Source: an uncultured Gammaproteobacteria bacterium
GTDB lineage: Bacteria > Patescibacteriota > Patescibacteriia > UBA9934 > GWF2-40-263
Reading direction: 5' to 3'
Assembly: GCA_964402425.1 (NCBI GenBank)
Contig: CAYOCD010000001.1
Coordinates: 4,349 to 68,348 of the forward strand
Length of the DNA: 64,000 bases
The notes below the pieces were generated by a model. That model worked only from the letters and a program-made list of their open reading frames with translations. It had not been told where the DNA came from and did no database searches. This document shows positions 17,496 to 27,350 of this stretch, piece by piece. Numbering within the stretch: position 1 is the first letter of the stretch; the number at the start of each line of letters is the position of its first letter. Position numbers and translations under genes: made by a program.

Positions 17496-18551
17496 TTATT
17501 TCACTTCTTCGATCAATTTTGGTAATGCTTCTACCACTTTAATCACAAATCCAATCCTTCCTATGACCTGTCCTCTTTCTGTTTCCATTCTTACTCTCCA
17601 TTTTCCAGGTACGAGATTTGATTTCAACGAATACCCTCGGTATCCCTCATCTCGTCCGCCGGAAAGCGTAAAGGATGACCGATTTTTATCAATCCATTTC
17701 TTCTGAACAGGATCGAAATATTGCCAACGATGAACGATCGTCGTTTTTAATTTGAGCGGAGCAAAGATGGCAGAAAAAACATAGACACGATTCGTCATTG
17801 GGACATGAAGGACTTGTCCTGGAATCACTTGATCAAGCCAGGATTCTTTTTCCGCAAGCGCAACATATCTATTTCCGTTCCGTTCAACCTTGTGATACAC
17901 ACCCGCCTCGCGAAGAGACAACGGAATCGGCGGAATCACATTCAATACATACAGAGCATTCATGGAGATAAAAATAGTCGCCATGACAAAAAGAATCCGC
18001 CTTTGTATTTGCTGAATCGATTGAACGTATTTTGCTAACACATTCGAAATGATCCACACAGGAACAAACGCAAAAACCCCTGCCGCAACGAACAAAATCG
18101 GATCCAATGAATTAAATGCGTATGGAAGCGCAAGCGCAAAAAGTGAAAACGAAATGAAATAATACAACCCAATCTGAACAAGCGGTTTCAAATAATACTG
18201 ATTGAACACTTCATTTGAAACCATGAGGAGCGCGAGCAAAATCATGATCGGCCAACTTGCCGAGAGCGCACCACTAAACCAGTAAAACACAAGCGACGAA
18301 CTCAATAATGCTCCAAACGTAAACTGAATCAAAAACTTTGCCACCATGCGCAAACGTTCATATCGAACTGTATTCAGCACAAAAATACAGACAGCGGCGA
18401 TCACGTAATAGATTCCTAGGATCCAGAACGTTGTTTCCACGTTCAGTGTTTTAAACGTCACAAAATCAACAGCCGTACCCAAAAGAAGCGTTGCTGGCAT
18501 GAGCAGACGCTCGTATGTTTCAAAAAGTTTTTTGATGGTTTTAAATGGCAT
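17496..18551 (-). CDS. Polytopic membrane protein with a C-terminal soluble beta-rich domain (351 aa)
   Basis: About 8 predicted TM helices, then roughly 120 aa of soluble sequence. No catalytic motif recognised. Confidence 0.45.
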   Translation of the reverse strand: MPFKTIKKLFETYERLLMPATLLLGTAVDFVTFKTLNVETTFWILGIYYVIAAVCIFVLNTVRYERLRMVAKFLIQFTFGALLSSSLVFYWFSGALSASWPIMILLALLMVSNEVFNQYYLKPLVQIGLYYFISFSLFALALPYAFNSLDPILFVAAGVFAFVPVWIISNVLAKYVQSIQQIQRRILFVMATIFISMNALYVLNVIPPIPLSLREAGVYHKVERNGNRYVALAEKESWLDQVIPGQVLHVPMTNRVYVFSAIFAPLKLKTTIVHRWQYFDPVQKKWIDKNRSSFTLSGGRDEGYRGYSLKSNLVPGKWRVRMETERGQVIGRIGFVIKVVEALPKLIEEVK

Positions 18552-18565
18552 GTAGATTTACCCTC

Positions 18566-19093
18566 TTAATATTTCCTTCCGTCATACGCCCAATGCAAAA
18601 GTGTTTGGCGTTGTTTGGGTCGGCATGTTTTATCGCCACGCTTACAATTCTTTTTGAGCTGTGCCACATGGCGTTGAATCGCTTTCCATCGTTTAATTTG
18701 ACGTGCATCGTCTTTACAGCGGCGTCCTAAGTAATAACGACAATACCATTGAAACCATCCGTGCGGATCTTCCCAATAAATCCATCCGCGACGACGCCAT
18801 TCTGAAAGCGGCAAGCTGGCGTTGATTCCAAAATAATTGAGTTCATCGTATTTGTGCGTAGAGCGCGAACGTTTTACTCCTTTGAACCACGACTTTGGAA
18901 GATCCGATGGAATCAACTCTTTTGCCGCAATAAAATACGCACCACCAAAACTCCCGAGCGCAAGCATTTCTTGCGGTGTGAGTTCTGGTTTAAATGCGGG
19001 ATCAAAATTTTTCCCAACGGGCTCTGTACAGGTATACTTATACAACGATTGAAACGCATCAGAATACGTCACGTATTTTGGCATAACATACAA
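18566..19093 (-). CDS. Hypothetical Trp/Tyr/Arg-rich protein (175 aa)
   Basis: ORF containing RRGWIYWEDPHGWFQWYCRYYLGRRCKDD. No family assigned. Confidence 0.35.
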   Translation of the reverse strand: MYVMPKYVTYSDAFQSLYKYTCTEPVGKNFDPAFKPELTPQEMLALGSFGGAYFIAAKELIPSDLPKSWFKGVKRSRSTHKYDELNYFGINASLPLSEWRRRGWIYWEDPHGWFQWYCRYYLGRRCKDDARQIKRWKAIQRHVAQLKKNCKRGDKTCRPKQRQTLLHWAYDGRKY

Positions 19094-19096
19094 CTT

Positions 19097-19627
19097 ATGG
19101 AATGGTTCTATCTTACTCTTCTACGCCCGTTTTCAAAAGGTGTTCTTAAGACACTTGCCTCATTTGCAAACCGTGAGAACAAACTCCCGAACTGGGCATT
19201 TTATCAGATGTCACATGTCGTTCCCTACACTTCTTTTGAATTACTTATCCTTCGAGATGGCACAGATGGGCGTGAAATCTTTCTTACACAGCGTGCACCA
19301 AATGATCCAGAGTGGCCAAACGCATGGCATTTCCCTGGGACGATTATTCGTATCAAAGATTCGTTTGAGAGCATTAAACTTCGACTCGCAAAGAGTGAAC
19401 TTGGACTCACAGAACTTCCGGGTGAAGCACAATTCCTCACCATGTTATTCGACGAGGACAAACCGCGTGGAAATATTCTACATACATTTCACGTCTTACG
19501 TGTCGATTCAGAATTTATGAATTCAAATGGAACCTTTTTTCCGATCGATCAATTACCGGAAGACATCATCAACTTTCAAAAACGACAACTCAAAACGATT
19601 TCCGATCACATAAAAACTTCCTCCTAA
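19097..19627 (+). CDS. NUDIX-family hydrolase-like protein (start chosen at the internal Met to avoid overlap)
   Basis: Degenerate NUDIX box GTIIRIKDSFESIKLRLAKSELGL. The ORF-track ORF 18854-19627 would overlap the upstream minus-strand gene, so the Met at 19097 is preferred. Confidence 0.4.
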   Translation: MEWFYLTLLRPFSKGVLKTLASFANRENKLPNWAFYQMSHVVPYTSFELLILRDGTDGREIFLTQRAPNDPEWPNAWHFPGTIIRIKDSFESIKLRLAKSELGLTELPGEAQFLTMLFDEDKPRGNILHTFHVLRVDSEFMNSNGTFFPIDQLPEDIINFQKRQLKTISDHIKTSS

Positions 19628-20929
19628 TTACGGGAGGAAGTTTTTCTTTCGTCGAGCACGATGAAACGTTATGGCAAAACGATGTGCTTCATCACGAACA
19701 CGTTGAAAAATTTCTTTACCACGCACAGCCGCACGTGCAAGATCTTTGTTGGTTCGATCAAACACAAATCGATCTTGTTTTCGATCAAAGCCTTTTGCGA
19801 TTCCGATGATGGGGATATTAATTCCGAGTTCATCGAGCACTTCTTGGACGCGATTCACTTGTGGTTCTCCCCCATCAATGATCATCACCTCCGGGCGCTC
19901 CCAACCTTTTGTTCCAAGTCGTGCAAGGCGTCTACGAATCACTTCTTCCATGCTTGCAACATCATTTGCCCCCTGAACGGTTTTGATTTTGAATTTGCGA
20001 TACAACGGTCTTGCTGGTTTACCGTCAAGAAAAACGGTCATGCTCGCAACAGGACTCGCCCCTGAAATATTCGAGTTATCGTAAGCTTCAATGCGACCAT
20101 CAAGATCAATCGTATCACCAGATAATTTTTCGATCGGGAGTGTGTAATCTTCTTTCGTGAGAAGCGCGACGTCATGAATATGCTCGAGCGCGAAAATCTT
20201 TTTACGAAGAACCGCTGCTTCCTCGAAATTTAATGCTCGAGAAGCCGCATTCATTTCCTTTGTCATCTCTCGAACGACGACCGATTTCTTTCCATCAAAA
20301 AACTGAATGAGGTGCTTGATGATATTGCGGTAATCTTTTTTTGAGATCGCACCGACGCAGACACCTGGGCATTTCTTGAGTTGATAATCAAAACACGCAC
20401 GCTTTGCGTCTGATAAACAAATGCTCCACGGAATCATGGGTCGAATCAACTCAAGTGCACGCTTCAATGACACACCGCTTGTGTATGGACCGAACACATA
20501 CAAAAACTTTTTCTTTGCTTCTTTTGAGAGCTCCTTATCAAACGGCTTCACCCCAAACTTTTCAAGTTCATGCCCTCGATAAAAAACAGGTCGTGGAAAA
20601 TCTTCATTTGTGATACATACGTACAAATAACTTTTATCATCACGCTGCAAAATGTTGTACTTTGGCTTCTTTGCTTTAATTTGGTTTGCTTCGAGCACAA
20701 GCGCTTCAAGAACGGACGGTGTTTCGATGTAATCGATCCGAACAATATGCGAAACCATTTCAGCAATACGTGGATCAAGCCGTTTTGAGGAGAAATAAGA
20801 ACCAACCCGAGACTTAAGCGACGTTGCCTTCCCTACATAAAGCAATAAATGCTCCTTATCAAAATAAAAATACACCCCGGGATGATCGGGTAGCGCATTA
20901 TTCTTTATTTTGATAGCATTTGGTATCAT
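19628..20929 (-). CDS. uvrC: Excinuclease ABC subunit C (short form lacking the C-terminal HhH domain)
   Basis: N-terminal GIY-YIG (GVYFYFDKEHLLLYVGKATSLKSRV), a UVR domain, and the RNase H-like endonuclease domain motif RVRDEAHRFAITFHR. At 433 aa it is shorter than the usual ~600 aa. Confidence 0.75.
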   Translation of the reverse strand: MIPNAIKIKNNALPDHPGVYFYFDKEHLLLYVGKATSLKSRVGSYFSSKRLDPRIAEMVSHIVRIDYIETPSVLEALVLEANQIKAKKPKYNILQRDDKSYLYVCITNEDFPRPVFYRGHELEKFGVKPFDKELSKEAKKKFLYVFGPYTSGVSLKRALELIRPMIPWSICLSDAKRACFDYQLKKCPGVCVGAISKKDYRNIIKHLIQFFDGKKSVVVREMTKEMNAASRALNFEEAAVLRKKIFALEHIHDVALLTKEDYTLPIEKLSGDTIDLDGRIEAYDNSNISGASPVASMTVFLDGKPARPLYRKFKIKTVQGANDVASMEEVIRRRLARLGTKGWERPEVMIIDGGEPQVNRVQEVLDELGINIPIIGIAKGFDRKQDRFVFDRTNKDLARAAVRGKEIFQRVRDEAHRFAITFHRARRKKNFLP

Positions 20930-20951
20930 GAAACAAATTTAACCATATTTT

Positions 20952-21476
20952 ATGAATAAAATCATTATTGCTTTATCAATTATCGTCCTTATTGGCGCTG
21001 GATGTGCAAAAACACCTGCCCCGCAAAATGAAAACGCGATTGATACCTCTGTCCCAGAATCATCTATTTCGATCACAACAACCAATCCGGACGGAACAAC
21101 TTCGGAACAAAACATTGCGGTTGGTAACAAGACATCCACAGCAAAAAACGTTGAACAAGATGACAAAGGAGTTCCGATGATTGATATTGAATTAACTTCC
21201 CAAAACTCAGTCAGAACCATCGATCTCAAATCAGGCAATTTCTTCTTTGAACCAAAAGTCATCAATGCAAAACCAGGAGAAAAATTGCGTATTGATTTTC
21301 GTGGAACCGTTGGAACACACACGTTTGTCATCAATGAAGCAAACGTAAAACAGACGGTTAAAGATGGATCTGGATTTGAATTCGTTGCTCCAACAACACC
21401 AGGCTCATACACATACTATTGCGACATTGGAAATCACCGAGCTCAAGGCATGGAAGGAACACTTATTGTGAAGTAG
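20952..21476 (+). CDS. Cupredoxin (plastocyanin/azurin-like blue copper) lipoprotein
   Basis: Lipobox LIGAGC, and type-1 Cu ligands His in GTHTFV and Cys-x2-His-x4-Met in YYCDIGNHRAQGM. Confidence 0.7.
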   Translation: MNKIIIALSIIVLIGAGCAKTPAPQNENAIDTSVPESSISITTTNPDGTTSEQNIAVGNKTSTAKNVEQDDKGVPMIDIELTSQNSVRTIDLKSGNFFFEPKVINAKPGEKLRIDFRGTVGTHTFVINEANVKQTVKDGSGFEFVAPTTPGSYTYYCDIGNHRAQGMEGTLIVK

Positions 21477-21477
21477 G

Positions 21478-21512
21478 CAAAAAGCGTCGATCAAAACGAT
21501 CGACGCTTTTTA
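21478..21512. terminator. Bidirectional terminator between the cupredoxin gene and uvrA
   Basis: AAAAAGCGTCGATC-AAAAC-GATCGACGCTTTTT, a perfect 14-bp stem flanked by A and T runs. Confidence 0.65.
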
Positions 21513-21517
21513 TTTTT

Positions 21518-24181
21518 CTACCCTTTCTTCAACACCCGTTTCAAATACTCCCCCGTATGACTTCCTGCGTGTCTTGCAACCTCCTCCGGCGTTCCGGCAT
21601 ACACAACCGTTCCGCCTTTGTCTCCCCCTTCTGGCCCCATATCAATAATCCAGTCGGCTGTTTTGATAACGTCTAGGTTGTGTTCAATCACAATGACAGA
21701 GTTTCCTTTGTCGACGAGCGAGTGCATCACTTCAAGAAGTTTCTTCACATCTGCGAAGTGCAAGCCTGTTGTTGGTTCGTCGAACAAATAGAATGTTCGC
21801 CCCGTCTGCCTCTTCGACAGCTCCGTTGCAAGCTTCACACGCTGCGCTTCTCCTCCCGAGAGCGTTGGTGCAGGTTGACCGAGTTTTATATACGAAAGTC
21901 CAACATCATTAAGTGATGCCAGCTTGTCATAAATATAAGGAATCTCTTTGAAGAACACCGTTGCTTCTTCAATCGTCATTTCAAGAATGTCGTGAATGTT
22001 TTTTTCTTTGAAGGTAATCTCGAGCGTCTCGCGATCAAATCGTTTCCCTTTGCAGATATCGCACGTAACATACACGGTCGGAAGAAAATGCATTTCGATT
22101 GAAATCAGTCCGTGCCCCTCGCAATGCTCACAACGTCCGCCAGGGCGATTGAAACTGAAACGGCCTGCTTTGTACCCACGGAATTTTGCTTCCGTCGTTT
22201 CCGCAAAGAGATCGCGAATGGGTGACCACGCACCTGTGTACGTTGCTGGATTTGAACGCGACGTACGACCAATCGCATCTTGATCAATCAGAATCGCTTT
22301 ATCAATGTATTCAAGTCCAAGAAGCGCTTTATGCTTTCCGGGTGTTTGCGATCCACCATACAGACGTTTCGAAATAGCCTTGTACATGGTGTCATATGCG
22401 AGCGTTGACTTCCCTGATCCGGACACACCTGTCACACACACAAATTTACGAAGAGGAAAATCAACATCAATATTTTTCAAATTGTTTTGTGTTGCCCCTT
22501 TCACACGAATCGATCCACCATCATTCTGACGACGTTCTTTTGGAACTTCGATCTTTTGGTCACCACGAAGATACGCTGCAGTAAGCGACTTCTTGTCTTC
22601 AAAAATCGCTGGCGTCTCGCCAGCGGCGACAACATATCCCCCGTGCACACCAGCTCCCGGGCCAATCTCGATCATGTAGTCGGACGCCATGATCGTATCT
22701 TCGTCATGTTCAACAACAATCACCGTGTTCCCAAGATCACGCAGATCTTCAAGTGTTTTAATCAAACGATCATTATCACGTTGATGAAGTCCGATCGTTG
22801 GTTCATCAAGAACATACATCGCACCCACAAGTCGAGATCCAACTTGCGATGCAAGGCGAATACGTTGCGCTTCTCCGCCCGAGAGCGTGCCAGCTCGACG
22901 ATTGAGCGACAAATAATGCAACCCAACATCAAGCATAAACTTCAAACGATTTTCAATTTCACGCAAAACAGATCCTGCAATCTCTAAATCTTTTTCTGTG
23001 ACGTCCAATGTTTTAAAATACAAAACCGCTTCATCGATGGACATATTTGTAATGTCCACAATCGAAATTCCTTTTTTCTCTGCCATGGGAATAAGCTCAT
23101 CTGATTCCTGATATTCAATCGGTGCGATCGGTGTTTTCTTTTTCGTCACCTTCAATTCCTTTCCGCCCCTTCCGTCCTCTCCGCCCTTCACCACCCCTGG
23201 CAACCACACATGCAACGCTTCCGATCGCAAACGCGCACCGTGACATGTTTCACACAAATCTTCCGAGAATAACTCGACGGTTCCGAGTCCGGTACATGCC
23301 TGACATGCGCCGTACGGAGAGTTAAACGAAAAGAGGCGTGGTTCGATTTCTGGAAAGGAAAACCCATCTTTCGGACAAGAAAATTTTGCCGAAAGCATTT
23401 GCTCGGTTTTGTCTGGATACACAATGGTCGCGACATCATTCCCCTTCTCGACGGCCGTCTCGAGAGCTTCCGCGAGACGCTGACGTGTTTCTTTCGGCGC
23501 GCTCGCGAGCTCGGCAATCGTAATCATATCGACGACCACTTCGATCGTGTGCTGCTGATAGCGCGCAAGTTCAATCTTTTCATCCAAACGATATTCTTTG
23601 CCATCAATGCGCACACGTGCGAATCCAGAGTTATACAAATCGTAAAGCAATTGGTAATACTCGCCTTTTCTCCCAAGAACCACCGGCGCGAGAATTTTAA
23701 TACTTCCCTTTCCGGCCTCTCCAGCCTCTCTCGCCTCTATTGCCTCTCGAGCCTTCCCCAACACAACATCCACCATCTCTTCATTCGTCAACTTCTGAAT
23801 TTGCTCACCGCACTTTGGACAATGCGGCTTTCCCACACGCGCATACAACACACGAAGATAATCATAAATCTCCGTGATGGTGGCAACGGTTGAACGAGGG
23901 TTGGAGGAATGCGCTTTCTGGTCGATCGAAATCGCTGGCGACAAACCTTCAATATCGTCTACGTCTGGCTTTTCCATCTGACCAAGAAACTGACGCGCGT
24001 AAGCCGACAGCGACTCCACATATCGACGCTGCCCTTCAGCGAAAATCGTGTCGAATGCCAAAGAAGATTTTCCCGAACCTGAAACACCCGTGATACACAC
24101 AAGTTTATTCCGCGGCATCTCCACATTAATATTTTTCAAATTGTGCTCGCGCGCTCCCCGCACGATAATTTTGTCTTGCAT
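21518..24181 (-). CDS. uvrA: Excinuclease ABC subunit A
   Basis: Two ABC ATPase modules ([13 protein letters not shown] and [13 protein letters not shown]), LSGGE signatures and Zn-finger CxxC pairs. Confidence 0.95.
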   Translation of the reverse strand: MQDKIIVRGAREHNLKNINVEMPRNKLVCITGVSGSGKSSLAFDTIFAEGQRRYVESLSAYARQFLGQMEKPDVDDIEGLSPAISIDQKAHSSNPRSTVATITEIYDYLRVLYARVGKPHCPKCGEQIQKLTNEEMVDVVLGKAREAIEAREAGEAGKGSIKILAPVVLGRKGEYYQLLYDLYNSGFARVRIDGKEYRLDEKIELARYQQHTIEVVVDMITIAELASAPKETRQRLAEALETAVEKGNDVATIVYPDKTEQMLSAKFSCPKDGFSFPEIEPRLFSFNSPYGACQACTGLGTVELFSEDLCETCHGARLRSEALHVWLPGVVKGGEDGRGGKELKVTKKKTPIAPIEYQESDELIPMAEKKGISIVDITNMSIDEAVLYFKTLDVTEKDLEIAGSVLREIENRLKFMLDVGLHYLSLNRRAGTLSGGEAQRIRLASQVGSRLVGAMYVLDEPTIGLHQRDNDRLIKTLEDLRDLGNTVIVVEHDEDTIMASDYMIEIGPGAGVHGGYVVAAGETPAIFEDKKSLTAAYLRGDQKIEVPKERRQNDGGSIRVKGATQNNLKNIDVDFPLRKFVCVTGVSGSGKSTLAYDTMYKAISKRLYGGSQTPGKHKALLGLEYIDKAILIDQDAIGRTSRSNPATYTGAWSPIRDLFAETTEAKFRGYKAGRFSFNRPGGRCEHCEGHGLISIEMHFLPTVYVTCDICKGKRFDRETLEITFKEKNIHDILEMTIEEATVFFKEIPYIYDKLASLNDVGLSYIKLGQPAPTLSGGEAQRVKLATELSKRQTGRTFYLFDEPTTGLHFADVKKLLEVMHSLVDKGNSVIVIEHNLDVIKTADWIIDMGPEGGDKGGTVVYAGTPEEVARHAGSHTGEYLKRVLKKG
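23158..23200. repeat. Dispersed pyrimidine-rich repeat, copy c, in frame inside uvrA
   Basis: CCTTTCCGCCCCTTCCGTCCTCTCCGCCCTTCACCACCCCTGG. It encodes [16 protein letters not shown]. Confidence 0.6.
23706..23760. repeat. Dispersed pyrimidine-rich repeat, copy d (degenerate), in frame inside uvrA
   Basis: CCCTTTCCGGCCTCTCCAGCCTCTCTCGCCTCTATTGCCTCTCGAGCCTTCCCC. It encodes [17 protein letters not shown]. Confidence 0.5.
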
Positions 24182-24284
24182 ATGATTCTATATTGCCTGA
24201 GTGAAGAGTCCGACGACGAATCGAAGGCTCTGACTTATTGCCTGCTCCGCGAAGTGGTTCACCGCTTGTCGAAGGCCACGTAAT

Positions 24285-24575
24285 TTATTCCCACTTTCCC
24301 CATTCACCACGAATAAGCTTTTCTTTTTTTGCACGTGTCCATCCTTTTAATTGCTTTTCTCTTTGCCGTGCCTCATCTAAATTTTCATATTCCTCAGAAT
24401 AAACGAGTGCTTTGAATCCGTGCTTTTTTGTATAAACCGATCCAAATCCAGATTCATGCTGACCATAACGAATAGGAAGAGACCATGTCATGCCGACATA
24501 ATAACTCCCATCTAAACATTCAATGATATACACGTACCATTTCCATGATTCCATAACAGATACAGCCTTCGACAA
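24285..24575 (-). CDS. Stand-alone GIY-YIG nuclease family protein (96 aa) between uvrB and uvrA
   Basis: WYVYIIECLDGSYYVGMT...RYGQH...YENLDEARQREKQLK is a typical short GIY-YIG protein. Confidence 0.8.
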   Translation of the reverse strand: MSKAVSVMESWKWYVYIIECLDGSYYVGMTWSLPIRYGQHESGFGSVYTKKHGFKALVYSEEYENLDEARQREKQLKGWTRAKKEKLIRGEWGKWE

Positions 24576-24591
24576 GCTCAGGCGATATTAT

Positions 24592-26709
24592 TTATGCTTT
24601 TACTTTCTTTACCTTCTTCGGCACCGTACTCTTTTTCTCAAGTTCCTTCTTTAACATCGCCACTTCATCCCTCAACAGCGCCGCCGTTTCGAAATCGAGC
24701 TTGCGTGCAGCTTCTCGCATCTCAACTTCTTTTTCTTTTATCACTTCCTGAATCTCATGCGAGTCTGCCTTCAGTTCGAGTTTGAGAATATCCTTAATCG
24801 ATCGCTCTTCACTCTCGCCAAACATGGCGCGGATGTCGTGAATTTCTTTGATGATGCTTTCCGGTGTGATGTTGTGTTTTGTGTTGTACGCAATCTGAAT
24901 CGTTCGACGACGTTCGGTTTCCTCGATCGCGCGTGTCAGCGATCCGGTCATTTGATCGGCGTAAAGAAGAACTTCTCCCTTTACGTGACGCGCCGCACGT
25001 CCAATCGTTTGAATGATGGATGTATCTGATCGCAAGAATCCTTCTTTGTCTGCGTCGAGAATGGCGACGAGTGTCACCTCAGGAAGGTCGAGACCTTCAC
25101 GCAGCAAGTTCACTCCGACGAGAACGTCATATTTTCCTCTTCGAAGATCCGAGAGGATTGTGATGCGATCGAGTGTATCCACGCCTGAGTGCAAATATTG
25201 CACGGCGATCTTTTTTTCTTTTAAGAATTCGGAAAGATCCTCTGCCATTTTTTTTGTAAGTGTTGTCACAAGCGTACGCTCATGAAGCGCAACGCGTTTT
25301 TCAATCTCGCCGATGAGATCTTCGACTTGACCTAGATAACCTTCTGGGGCTTCGACAAGCTCAGCCAATACATAGTCATCTTGCGATTCGCCTCTGTCGC
25401 GTTTGTCGCTTCTGTCACCTTTGACGCCTCCCGCAGTCACTCGTCTCACTGTAATCACCGGATCAACCAATCCTGTTGGACGAATAATTTGTTCCACGAT
25501 TTTTTGTGCATGTTTTTTCTCATACGGACCCGGCGTTGCGCTCACAAAAACCGTTTGACCGATCTTTTTTTCGAACTCATCGAATTGAAGCGGTCGATTG
25601 TCTCGCGCGCTTGGCAGGCGGAAGCCGTGATCAATCAATGAGTTCTTGCGCGCTTGATCCCCCGCATACATTCCACCGATTTGTGGAATGGTTACGTGCG
25701 ATTCATCAACGAGCGTCAAGAAATCCTCCGGGAAATAATCCATGAGTGTGTACGGAGGTTCACCTGGCGCACGGCCATCAAAGAAGCGTGAGTAGTTTTC
25801 AATTCCATTGCAGTAACCGACTTGTTCGATCATTTCAATATCGTATCGCGTTCTTCGAGAAAGACGCTCCGCCTCAAGAACCTGTCCGTTCTCTTCGAAC
25901 TTCTTGAGCTGCTCCGCAAGTTCATGACGAATTTGTCCGATCGCGCGTTCTTTGCGTTCTTGCGAGACAACATAATGCTTTGCCGGAAAAATCCAAAGGT
26001 CTAATCGTGTATCAAGTATTTTTCTTGTGATCGGATCCAACTGCTGAATCGAATCAATGGCATCGTCCGACAGAACGAGACGATAAATCATTTCTTCGTT
26101 TGTTGGCATGATTTCAAGAATGTCCCCCTTCGCGCGGAAGTGTCCGCGTGTGAGATCTGTGTTTGTGCGCTCGAACTGCATGGAGATCAGTTGTCGGATC
26201 AAATCTGTTCGAGAAGCAGATGGGCCAACCTTCAAATGTAAAACAGTCTCTTCATATTCTTTAGGCGAACCCAAACCATAAATACACGAAACGGACGCGA
26301 CGATAATCACATCACGACGTGTGAGCAGCGCTTGTGTTGCCGCGTGACGCAAACGATCGATCTCTTCGTTGATCATCGCTTCTTTTTCAATATACGTATC
26401 TGTACGCGCCATGTACGCCTCTGGTTGGTAATAGTCATAATACGAAACAAAATACTCCACGATGTTGTCCGGGAAAAACTCGCGGAACTCATTACAGAGC
26501 TGCGCGGCGAGCGTTTTGTTGTGCGCAATCACAAGCGTTGGACGCTGCGTCTGCTGAATAACGTTCGCCATGGTGAATGTCTTTCCAGAACCCGTTACAC
26601 CAAGAAGTGTTTGAAACTTTTTTTTATCATGAAGACCCCCAACGAGTTGTTCGATGGCTTTTGGCTGATCTCCGGCAGGCTTATACTTCGATTTAAGTTC
26701 AAATTTCAT
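24592..26709 (-). CDS. uvrB: Excinuclease ABC subunit B
   Basis: Helicase motifs GVTGSGKTFT and DESH, a beta-hairpin region and a C-terminal UVR domain (LRDEVAMLKKEL). Confidence 0.95.
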   Translation of the reverse strand: MKFELKSKYKPAGDQPKAIEQLVGGLHDKKKFQTLLGVTGSGKTFTMANVIQQTQRPTLVIAHNKTLAAQLCNEFREFFPDNIVEYFVSYYDYYQPEAYMARTDTYIEKEAMINEEIDRLRHAATQALLTRRDVIIVASVSCIYGLGSPKEYEETVLHLKVGPSASRTDLIRQLISMQFERTNTDLTRGHFRAKGDILEIMPTNEEMIYRLVLSDDAIDSIQQLDPITRKILDTRLDLWIFPAKHYVVSQERKERAIGQIRHELAEQLKKFEENGQVLEAERLSRRTRYDIEMIEQVGYCNGIENYSRFFDGRAPGEPPYTLMDYFPEDFLTLVDESHVTIPQIGGMYAGDQARKNSLIDHGFRLPSARDNRPLQFDEFEKKIGQTVFVSATPGPYEKKHAQKIVEQIIRPTGLVDPVITVRRVTAGGVKGDRSDKRDRGESQDDYVLAELVEAPEGYLGQVEDLIGEIEKRVALHERTLVTTLTKKMAEDLSEFLKEKKIAVQYLHSGVDTLDRITILSDLRRGKYDVLVGVNLLREGLDLPEVTLVAILDADKEGFLRSDTSIIQTIGRAARHVKGEVLLYADQMTGSLTRAIEETERRRTIQIAYNTKHNITPESIIKEIHDIRAMFGESEERSIKDILKLELKADSHEIQEVIKEKEVEMREAARKLDFETAALLRDEVAMLKKELEKKSTVPKKVKKVKA

Positions 26710-26715
26710 AATTGT

Positions 26716-26732
26716 GTGTAAGAACTTCTTAC
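26716..26732. promoter_or_regulatory. Palindromic operator-like motif upstream of uvrB
   Basis: TGTAAGAACTTCTTACA is a perfect 8+1+8 palindrome 7 nt upstream of the uvrB start. A half-site relative TAGAAGTTCTTAC lies at 26831-26843. Confidence 0.3.
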
Positions 26733-27350
26733 ATTGGATGAGATGCGCCGCGCTGGAGTGAAAAAAAGTTGAGTCGTAGAAAACCTACGGCGAAACTTTT
26801 TTTCACGAAACGCAAGAAGATCGCCAATTTTAGAAGTTCTTACGACAAATGCCCCAAGAGGCTGTTCTCTAGGGGATAGCTGCCACGAACGACCTGTGGC
26901 AGAAGGAATAAAGTTGTACAAACAAGATAGCAAGATAAAGCCTTTTTGTCGAAAAAAACACCACATGTGTGGTGCAAGAGAATATTAGACAGACGATTGT
27001 CCCGCAACGAAACGCAAGATGGCATGTTCTGTGGATGCGGCAAAGAAGAGATGCCCATCTAGATTGAGACTGTTGTCAGGTTGGATCATGCTCGTTTTCC
27101 GATGCAGACCAAAGAAGATGGGTTTTTCGATTCGAACGAAACCTTCTGCGTGGATCAATTGAATTCCATAAACAGACGTTCGTTCACCATCTCTCAACGC
27201 AAAATGAACAAATTCACGGCTTCCTTTTTTGCGACACACAATAAACACGCTCTTCCTCCTTCGTATATTTTTGTGTACCAAAAAATATACAAAAAAAATA
27301 ACACATCTGTCAATCTCACACATGTAAAATCTTGACCGAAAAAAGGTTTC

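Noticed and set aside
21518-26709. Many 60-170-aa ORFs on the plus strand inside uvrA and uvrB (e.g. 22487-22987, 23399-23893, 26332-26721)
   Set aside because: They are antisense to long, well-supported genes.
26710-27350. ORFs 26706-26966(-), 26840-27058(-), 26985-27323(-) and 27081-27335(+) in the uvrB / ABC-operon intergenic region
   Set aside because: They overlap one another and have no motifs I recognise. The region looks like promoter and operator DNA for uvrB. The 112-aa minus ORF could be real, but I cannot support it.
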